The position numbers and the translations under genes were made by a program. From an uncultured virus (IMG/VR IMGVR_UViG_3300032523_001510) (Duplodnaviria > Heunggongvirae > Uroviricota > Caudoviricetes): a stretch of 64,000 bases of DNA. The notes beneath the pieces are model-generated. The model worked only from the letters and a program-made list of their open reading frames with translations, was not told where the DNA came from and did no database searches. The stretch lies in IMG/VR virus record IMGVR_UViG_3300032523_001510; one strand, 5' to 3'. Positions 50,539 to 58,194 of the stretch are shown here, in pieces (the first letter of the stretch is position 1; each line of letters starts with the position of its first letter).

Positions 50539-51496
50539 GTGAATCGATTAGGAATTTACCCCATTGTTGTGACATGTATTTTGAATCCCATGATTTAATT
50601 TCATCGACAATACCATAATGCATTAATTGAAGTTTCTTTTTATCGCTTTTTAATTCTAATATTTTACCGACACATGAGTCAACATTTCTTTCGATAATAT
50701 TACAATTACGAAAATAATTACTGTAACCAACATCCGTACACACAGGAACACATCCGCAAGCAGATGCTTCCAATAATGTACACGGACCTCCTTCCGATTT
50801 GGATAGGCACAAAAAAACCTTGCATTCATTGTAAATCTTGTTCATGTCTTTTAGTGTTCTTTTGTTGTCAAAAGAATCAACATATATTTCTGCAAAATAA
50901 ATATCTTTATAATTCGATAATTTATTCTTTACCTCCTGTAAAATAGAATAACCCTTATGTTCTAGTCGCATAACGCTTGATGAAAAAAATACAATAAAAT
51001 CTCTTTGATCAAATGGTTTTTCTATAAAGAAAGTACTCAAATCAACGCCATCGTATGTAAGGTGTATGTTTTCAAATCCACTTTTAATCATAATTTCGTA
51101 GACATATGGATTGTTTACTGAAACACAATTGAATGCTGATATCCTATCTTTTTTAATCATAATGTCATAAGGAGATAATACTTCGTTTATAGTAAGTACA
51201 ACCTTTGTTCCTTTAGAATTGTGATGTTTTATAAAACTTACTAAATCTTTAGTTTCAGCAAAATACTGTTCATGCAAATGATGAATAACATCGTAATGTT
51301 TTTTTTCTACTTGATCGATCCAATTTAAATTTGCGAACCCTATATCGATATCTAATTGTGGAAGATGTTTTATGTAATCTATTCCTTTAAAATGAAAACT
51401 CCAATTAGGTGTGTCTGCTAAATATAAAACATTTATTTTATTACTTGTATAATCAAGATTTGGTATTACAATTTCAGGTAATTTATTTAATTTCAT
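50513..51496 (-). CDS. GT4-like (GT-B) glycosyltransferase
   Basis: GVD, HKG and SKSEGGPCTLLEASACG...TDVG motifs. Confidence 0.88.
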   Translation of the reverse strand: MKLNKLPEIVIPNLDYTSNKINVLYLADTPNWSFHFKGIDYIKHLPQLDIDIGFANLNWIDQVEKKHYDVIHHLHEQYFAETKDLVSFIKHHNSKGTKVVLTINEVLSPYDIMIKKDRISAFNCVSVNNPYVYEIMIKSGFENIHLTYDGVDLSTFFIEKPFDQRDFIVFFSSSVMRLEHKGYSILQEVKNKLSNYKDIYFAEIYVDSFDNKRTLKDMNKIYNECKVFLCLSKSEGGPCTLLEASACGCVPVCTDVGYSNYFRNCNIIERNVDSCVGKILELKSDKKKLQLMHYGIVDEIKSWDSKYMSQQWGKFLIDSHEDNSINC

Positions 51497-51782
51497 TATG
51501 AGATAAAACTCTAACTATATCGCCAACAGTAGAAAAGTCTTTATTGTCTATAATATCAATCATGGCATCGATTGTGTCTTGATTTAAATCAGAAATGTCT
51601 CCTAGCCCTAATATTTTTTTCTTAAGACTTTCTTTTGTATAGCCAGATTCTTTCAGACTTTTAATACTAGTAGACATACCATCCTTGTTGCCGTCTAAGT
51701 TTAAGAACTTTAACAATAAGTCCTTGTAATGGTCAAACCCATGTCTTTCTTCTAGCCATAATTTAAAATTTGATTTGTTCAT
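51483..51782 (-). CDS. Small protein with capsid-targeting-like N-terminus
   Basis: Begins MNKSNFKLWLEE. Confidence 0.7.
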   Translation of the reverse strand: MNKSNFKLWLEERHGFDHYKDLLLKFLNLDGNKDGMSTSIKSLKESGYTKESLKKKILGLGDISDLNQDTIDAMIDIIDNKDFSTVGDIVRVLSHNEIK

Positions 51783-51814
51783 TTTGTCCCTTAGTAGCTC
51801 TATATAAGATAGAT

Positions 51815-52615
51815 ATGAAAAACATTATCAGTAATTTTAAAACATTTTTTGAATTTGCCAATTATGGTTTCGAAGTCCAGACTTCAAAAACTATAGGTGG
51901 AAGCGTTACGCAAGATGGCGACAAACCTATTAATTACATAGATTCCAATTTAATTGTGGATGAATTAGTTAGACATAAATTAAACGATGTAAATCCAGTA
52001 AATTTTTGGGAAAATGTTGTTCAGTGGGGTTCCGACCCCGGAGCGATTAAATTAGAAATAACCCCTCTTGGTTCGTATAGAATTGTAATAAGAAAATTGA
52101 TAAAAGATTTAGTTGGCAATAGCACTTGGATTACAAAGAATGTAATAGATCTTGACGACACGCATTCTGGTCACAGTGAAATCGCTTATGCCGAAGATTG
52201 TTTAGGTATAATCGAAAATCTTAACAAAGAAAATTTAGATCATGCGTCCGCCAACTGCGAAAACTTTGATAAACTTGCTTGGAAACTATGGAATAAATGT
52301 AAGGCTGTGTTTCCTTCTTATATAATGTTTCCAATAGGCATGAAAAAAATGAGTGAAAATTATTACAAACTCATATATGAATTCAAAGGTGGTGGAGTAG
52401 AAGCCCCGACAAGATTGAGAGCAGAACAATTCGATATCGATCTTCACTTTAATAAAACTACAGGAATTATAAAGTCGTGGGGATACGATATTGATTCCGA
52501 TATTAGACAACATAGCTGGAAAGTTCAAATTTCAGATTTTAACGAATGGTTCGCTCCTTCACAACCAATGGATGAAATAATAGCTGTAATAAATAATTCG
52601 TTTATGACATATTAG
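51815..52615 (+). CDS. Hypothetical protein with capsid-targeting-like N-terminus
   Basis: Start moved to MKNIISNFKTFFE, just after CTATATAA. Confidence 0.75.
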   Translation: MKNIISNFKTFFEFANYGFEVQTSKTIGGSVTQDGDKPINYIDSNLIVDELVRHKLNDVNPVNFWENVVQWGSDPGAIKLEITPLGSYRIVIRKLIKDLVGNSTWITKNVIDLDDTHSGHSEIAYAEDCLGIIENLNKENLDHASANCENFDKLAWKLWNKCKAVFPSYIMFPIGMKKMSENYYKLIYEFKGGGVEAPTRLRAEQFDIDLHFNKTTGIIKSWGYDIDSDIRQHSWKVQISDFNEWFAPSQPMDEIIAVINNSFMTY

Positions 52616-52622
52616 GATTTTA

Positions 52623-53108
52623 ATGAAAAAAAAATACATAAATTATTCTTTAAGTCTTACATTTTTAATGTGCATGTTTATATTTGTTTCTTTGACGAAA
52701 ATAGATCATGCTGGGCCTCAAAATCACATCAGTCAAGATAAATTAACAAATAATGATTATACGCAAAACGAAGAATCATATAATTATCAAAAAATTGTCC
52801 AGAAATCAAAAACAGAAAACAAAAAAATAATATTATTCTTTATAGATTCTACATGTGATTGGTCTGACAAATTTTTTGAAACTTTAAAAGACTCAGAAGT
52901 AAACAGTTATATTTCAGACAATAATTATATTAAATATTATGTTGATGTCGAAAAGAACAAAAATGTATTTTTGAAATACAAAGTCGAATCTACTCCTTGG
53001 TATATTGTTGTTGATGAAAACGAAAAAATAATTAAGACTGGGTCTGGCTACAAACAAAAAAGAGAATTTTTAATTTGGTTGAAAAACATTATTAAAAAAC
53101 AATTCTAA
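52623..53108 (+). CDS. Membrane-anchored thioredoxin-fold protein (CxxS)
   Basis: N-terminal hydrophobic helix, KIILFF...CDWS and YKVESTP motifs. Confidence 0.7.
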   Translation: MKKKYINYSLSLTFLMCMFIFVSLTKIDHAGPQNHISQDKLTNNDYTQNEESYNYQKIVQKSKTENKKIILFFIDSTCDWSDKFFETLKDSEVNSYISDNNYIKYYVDVEKNKNVFLKYKVESTPWYIVVDENEKIIKTGSGYKQKREFLIWLKNIIKKQF

Positions 53109-53947
53109 ATAAATTTTCCAAATTTAACTTTATTGTATTCATCGAAGAATCTTTTTTTAATCGCTTCGTTTTTTAGATCATTTGCTTTTTTTACATACAA
53201 TTTCGCTTCTCTATACCTCTCGTTAACTTCTATATTCCATTTGTTACAATACTTCAGCATATTAGCCACACAATTTACTTCTTTTTCATCTTTGGTAAAG
53301 AAACATTCTTTATAAAAAAATTGTTTTTCATGATATAAATGTATTTCGTATTGATTGTGATATACAGTATTACAACTTGAATCATTTAAAACTTTTTGTG
53401 TTATATCATTATCGTTAAAAGAATAGCCCAAGAAAGTTTCATCCATTCCGCCTAATTCTTTGTATTTTTTTTTATAGAACATAACATTACCAGAAAATAA
53501 ATTTTTACAATTTATCTTATTTTCTTTTGATCTTTCTTCTTGTGTGTAATTAAACGAATTGTTTTCAATAGACTCGTCATCTTCTTCTTTTTCGCATTGT
53601 TGAATATATCCAACCGTGGCAAAATCATTTTCATTTAAATGAATAGCGTTGTTGTAAAAATAATTTTCAGGCAATATTCTGTCGCTATCTAAAATTACAA
53701 TTTTATCGTTAATCGAATATTCAACGCCTAAATTGCACATAAAAGGCTTATTGTATATTTGTAGATTTAAATTGTATTTTTTAATATCAAAAACAGAAGA
53801 TGTTATTTCTTTATTAAAATAATCATGAAATAAAATTACTAATTCAGAACCTTGTAGTTTTATTTCTCTTTTTTCTAAAAACCTTAACAATTGAAATAAA
53901 TTTTTAATTCTTGATGAGTGCAAACAGATAATAAAAGATATTTTCAT
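53105..53947 (-). CDS. GT2/GT7-like glycosyltransferase
   Basis: NLGV, ILDSDRILP and GGMDETFLGYSFND motifs. Confidence 0.85.
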   Translation of the reverse strand: MKISFIICLHSSRIKNLFQLLRFLEKREIKLQGSELVILFHDYFNKEITSSVFDIKKYNLNLQIYNKPFMCNLGVEYSINDKIVILDSDRILPENYFYNNAIHLNENDFATVGYIQQCEKEEDDESIENNSFNYTQEERSKENKINCKNLFSGNVMFYKKKYKELGGMDETFLGYSFNDNDITQKVLNDSSCNTVYHNQYEIHLYHEKQFFYKECFFTKDEKEVNCVANMLKYCNKWNIEVNERYREAKLYVKKANDLKNEAIKKRFFDEYNKVKFGKFI

Positions 53948-54693
53948 TTCAATTCATTATAGAACAAAACTTCATATATTTTTTTAGTCTTATCGCTAAT
54001 AGACACTTTGTATATGTTTAAATCTATATTTATTTTATTTAAATCTATTAAGTCTTTGCATTTTTCGAAGTAATTTGAAAGAATTAGGTAGTATGGGCTT
54101 ATTTTTTGTAAAATTATCCACATTTTGAAATCATTATTTGATATTTTTTCTTTATATTCTTTGAATCCATAATCTTTTCCTAATTTTTTATTTAAAAATT
54201 CATATGTGTTTTTTAATCCAAGTATTACTTTTTCTGTTGAAATAGAAATTGGAGCGTTTACATTTTTGATTCCCGATTTCTTTTGTTTGACAAGAGCATC
54301 ATATCTGTATTTCCATAGTTTCCATCTTTTCCATGCTTTTTCGCCAGCCAAACAATTTATGTTTATAAGTGGCTTTTCGTTGTTGTCTATGTTTATTCTT
54401 TTTAAAATATCTAATTGAGCGAAAACATAAAGGTGGTATTCGTCTTCTGATAATTTATCTTTTGTTTCTCGTTGTAGCTTAAAACAATATTTGAAAACGA
54501 GAGACTTTCTAGGATCTCCTTTTTGTTTTCTTCCAGATGCCATATCAGGGAATAGCTTTCTTAAAGAATCGTGCCAACACAAAGTTATTTTGTAGGCTTT
54601 TTCTTCTTCTGCTGTCATTTTGTACTTTTGTATGGCCATTTCGAGCATTTTATTGAATTCGTGAGAAAAGAATGTATCTTTATTATTTAACAT
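53944..54693 (-). CDS. Hypothetical protein
   Basis: 249 aa ORF with no recognised motif. Confidence 0.75.
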   Translation of the reverse strand: MLNNKDTFFSHEFNKMLEMAIQKYKMTAEEEKAYKITLCWHDSLRKLFPDMASGRKQKGDPRKSLVFKYCFKLQRETKDKLSEDEYHLYVFAQLDILKRINIDNNEKPLININCLAGEKAWKRWKLWKYRYDALVKQKKSGIKNVNAPISISTEKVILGLKNTYEFLNKKLGKDYGFKEYKEKISNNDFKMWIILQKISPYYLILSNYFEKCKDLIDLNKINIDLNIYKVSISDKTKKIYEVLFYNELK

Positions 54694-54756
54694 AAACTAT
54701 TTAACTCGCCACTCTAAAAAATTAACATTTTTAATTAATGTAATGATATATAAATT

Positions 54757-55623
54757 ATGACATCATTTACACAATTTTTAGAACAACGAGATCCAGAACT
54801 TTATAATCAACTTATAAATGAAGGGATTTCTGATATTTGGCAAAATACCAAAAATTTCTTTGGTGAATTCTGGAATCGTTTAAAATCGCAAGGAAAAGAA
54901 TTCCAAGAAGATGCTGTAAAAATCAAAAAAGCATACGATGAAGGAAAATTAAAACCAAAACAAATAGAAGAAATTAGTGTGGCTTCGAAAAAAGGAGATT
55001 GGTGGGGTGTGGCTAAAATTCTAGCTACTGCTGGAGTTATTGGTTTGTCGGCACTTACTGTTGGTGCTGGTCACGCTTATGCTCCTAATGATATTGGAAC
55101 TGATTTTAAATTTTCCCCAGATAGTGATACCTTGATTCAAGGTGAAAAAGATGTGCCTAACGACCCAAATGCTACATATGATGTTGCTGCAATAGACAAA
55201 ATTACACAGGACTCTCATAAAGATAAAGATAAAGATGACTTCCAATCTTCTGTAAGAAGTGCAAACCAAGATGATCCAGATGATTTTACAGCTGTGCAAA
55301 GCAACATAGATCTTAAATCAAGTCATAGCGAACTAACATCAATGTTGCCAAAAGATATTAAAAATTACATGAAAGAAAAGGGAATCACAGATAATGTACT
55401 TACAAATATGGAAAAAACTGCTTTAAACAAAGATGTTAATTCATTGACGCAATATGATAAAAATACCCTTCGTGGAATAAACAATAAATTAAGTGCTTTT
55501 CATTATGTTACTTCCGACCAAGGAGGGAAACACTTAGCACATGGTTTCTTCGATGCAGAAGGTAAAGCAGGACATATTGATCAATCACCAGATGAAATTT
55601 ATAATTTAAACAAAATCAAATAA
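54757..55623 (+). CDS. Hypothetical protein with capsid-targeting-like N-terminus and one transmembrane-like segment
   Basis: Begins MTSFTQFLEQRDPELYNQLINE; hydrophobic stretch ILATAGVIGLSALTVGAG. Confidence 0.8.
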   Translation: MTSFTQFLEQRDPELYNQLINEGISDIWQNTKNFFGEFWNRLKSQGKEFQEDAVKIKKAYDEGKLKPKQIEEISVASKKGDWWGVAKILATAGVIGLSALTVGAGHAYAPNDIGTDFKFSPDSDTLIQGEKDVPNDPNATYDVAAIDKITQDSHKDKDKDDFQSSVRSANQDDPDDFTAVQSNIDLKSSHSELTSMLPKDIKNYMKEKGITDNVLTNMEKTALNKDVNSLTQYDKNTLRGINNKLSAFHYVTSDQGGKHLAHGFFDAEGKAGHIDQSPDEIYNLNKIK

Positions 55624-55660
55624 ACTATCTCGAACTCAATAATTTTTAAAATAAAATCAC

Positions 55661-56167
55661 TCAAAGTTATTACATTAGGGTTGCAATAATTTTAATTAAA
55701 GCAACAATGTAAATTAATACTTTGAAAACTTTGAATACCGAGATGAAGGCTCTAATCCTTCCATTATTTTATGATTGGCTGCGTTCCCTTGAGTAATTTA
55801 ATGAAAAAACCTTGGAGCGTCTTACCCAGATGAAGTCTTAGTTGTTAAACACAATACTGTACGAGCAGTATTCTTCTCCAATGGTCAAGGTAGTCTAGGA
55901 TAGGAAAAACCACCCGAATCTTTAGTTAAACTTAATTAACCTTATGTTTTTCTAGAGCTATCTTAGATTAGGAGACCATAACAAACGCACCATAATGTTA
56001 GCGTAACTTTCGGTTGTTAACTTAAGTTACTAAAGTTTTTAAGTGAAACAATAGTTTCAAATATTAACTCTTAACTTAAGTAACATAATGCTAATGGAAG
56101 TAACAATTAAGGTATTACTAATTACCTTAATTAAAAATCCATTTACCCTTAAGTCGGGACCTCGGTA
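55661..56167 (+). ncRNA. Candidate large (~430-510 nt) structured non-coding RNA or origin-associated structure
   Basis: Only large ORF-free gap in the window. More than 12 nested complementary segments, including a 55736/56167 closing stem. G-U pairs favour the + strand. Confidence 0.6.
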
Positions 56168-56264
56168 CGTAAAAATAATACTATTTAACTAAAAGTAACT
56201 GTCTATTGTTTTTTATGTAAGTGTTTGTTAGATTTCATTTAACAAATATATTTAGGGAAAATCT

Positions 56265-57569
56265 ATGATTAAGTTCATTTCAGACATAGTTTCGATTAGC
56301 GGTACTTCGAGTACTTTTTATATAAGTCTAGAAAATGATTCGATTGATTTTACAAACTCTGAAACAAGGCAAATTTTGCGTATTTGTTCTTCTGAGGGAG
56401 AATGTAGCATTCCGATAGAGATAAAGGAATTACCGCTGCTTATTGAGGTTCTAAAAGGCACTGTATTATCAAAGCAATCAAAGGTAGTTGCGTGGAACTG
56501 GAAAGACTTCGTTTCTTATGTTTCATTTCATTTTGGGAAGTTAGTTGAATTTCAAGCTGTAGTACTTGATTTAAAGATTATCGAATCGTATTTTTTCATC
56601 AAACAAGAAAAACCAGTTAACTATTTGTCTGCTTTGATTCGTTTCAAGAAATTAAAGACAGATAAAGATTGGGAAAAGTTTTACAATATATATAATTCTG
56701 TTTATTTGCCTTTAATCACTTTAGTAATTCCTACGATGGAAAACACGCCTTTACTTGATTGCGAGCTTAAGGATAGGGTATATGCTCATTATTCCATAAA
56801 CGGACAAGACAATGGCAGAATGCTATGTTCTAACGCAAGGATCAAAGGCTACAACCCTCACACGCTATCAAAAGATCAAAAAGGTAAATATAAACCATGC
56901 GTTCCTTATAATGTATTTTTGAATTTTGATTTTAGAAGCATGGAAGTTGCGGTATTGGCTTATCTGGCTAATGACGAAAAGTTATTAGAATTGATTCAAG
57001 CACCAGATATTTATTCAAGTATATTTGTGGCTATAACAAATAGCGTTGCAGATGACAATTCTAAGATTTTAGCGAAAAAAATATTTTTACCGACTATATA
57101 TGGCATGTCGGCACGGACTCTTGCTGAACAAGCGGATATCCAATTATCTCTTGCCGAACAAATTTGTAGCAATATAAATAAAATATTTTTTAAATCTGTA
57201 AATTATGTCAAAGGCTTCGTGTCTTTGGCTGAATCTCAAGGAACAATAAGTGATTATTTTGGCAAGAGAAGAACATTTACTGAAAATTTCTATAAGGCTC
57301 GCAATTTTTGTATTCAATCACCTGCGTCATTAATTTGTTTAGAAAAATTAGTTCAGTTATGGAAAAAAATACAGCATAAGACTAGAATTTGTTATCATGT
57401 ACATGATGGTTATTATGTATATGCACAAGATGATAATTGGAAAGAAGTCGCTATTGAAGCGAAAAAAGTTCTTGTTAGTGAATCGCAAATATGTCCCGGC
57501 ATGAGATTGAGAGTGGCTTGTCATGGGGGGACTAAATTAAATAACTTGAAGTCACTCGAAAAGCGATGA
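56265..57569 (+). CDS. polA: Short family A DNA polymerase lacking the thumb subdomain
   Basis: Motif A DFRSME, motif B AKKIFLPTIYGM, NFCIQS and motif C HVHD; 434 aa. Confidence 0.85.
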   Translation: MIKFISDIVSISGTSSTFYISLENDSIDFTNSETRQILRICSSEGECSIPIEIKELPLLIEVLKGTVLSKQSKVVAWNWKDFVSYVSFHFGKLVEFQAVVLDLKIIESYFFIKQEKPVNYLSALIRFKKLKTDKDWEKFYNIYNSVYLPLITLVIPTMENTPLLDCELKDRVYAHYSINGQDNGRMLCSNARIKGYNPHTLSKDQKGKYKPCVPYNVFLNFDFRSMEVAVLAYLANDEKLLELIQAPDIYSSIFVAITNSVADDNSKILAKKIFLPTIYGMSARTLAEQADIQLSLAEQICSNINKIFFKSVNYVKGFVSLAESQGTISDYFGKRRTFTENFYKARNFCIQSPASLICLEKLVQLWKKIQHKTRICYHVHDGYYVYAQDDNWKEVAIEAKKVLVSESQICPGMRLRVACHGGTKLNNLKSLEKR

Positions 57570-57573
57570 GTAA

Positions 57574-58137
57574 ATGAAAGAGATATGCAATAATTTTCCA
57601 ATCACATCAGAAGAATATTTTGAATTAGATAAAAAATTTGGCAAACTTTGTTATTACGCAGCACATCAATTAAAAAAGAAAAATTCAAAAAACAATTGCG
57701 TTGAAGATATAGACGATATAAATCAAGAGCTTCAACTTTCTATTATTCGTGCTGGATCTTATTACAAGAGACAGATTTATATTGAAAGTTCACTTGTGTT
57801 GGCCAAGGAACACATCAAGAAGACCGTAAAAAATAAAAAGTTAGTTTTAACTTTGCAAAATTTGTGGAACAACAGGACTCGTCATGGGGCGAATAGACAA
57901 AAATTTGGACCTATTCAAGAAAAGTTATTAGACGAATTGATTAAAAAATATGTTCCCAAAGACATCAGACCAAGTAAAACCGAATCGTTAAAAATTGACA
58001 CAAAGTTTTCGACTTATTGTAAAGCAATTGTTTGGAATGGCCAGAAGAGCATGGGCAAGAAAATTACTAGAGAAAAAGCTATTCGATCAGGTTTGGTTAG
58101 TTTGTCTGAATACGATTATCTTGGTACGAATTTGTAA
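57574..58137 (+). CDS. Hypothetical protein, weakly sigma region 2-like
   Basis: DIDDINQELQLSIIRA...KFSTY resembles sigma-70 region 2 with an insertion. Confidence 0.5.
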   Translation: MKEICNNFPITSEEYFELDKKFGKLCYYAAHQLKKKNSKNNCVEDIDDINQELQLSIIRAGSYYKRQIYIESSLVLAKEHIKKTVKNKKLVLTLQNLWNNRTRHGANRQKFGPIQEKLLDELIKKYVPKDIRPSKTESLKIDTKFSTYCKAIVWNGQKSMGKKITREKAIRSGLVSLSEYDYLGTNL

Positions 58138-58194
58138 CTTCTGATATTGTTCTTCTGCTTAGTTAATGTTATTTCGTAAGTAGGAGAAAGTAAA

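Noticed and set aside
55624..56264. Group I or II intron, tmRNA, RNase P or tRNA cluster
   Set aside because: There is no interrupted flanking gene, no correctly ordered P7 elements, no group II domain V, and no tRNA-like ends or RNase P consensus visible by eye.
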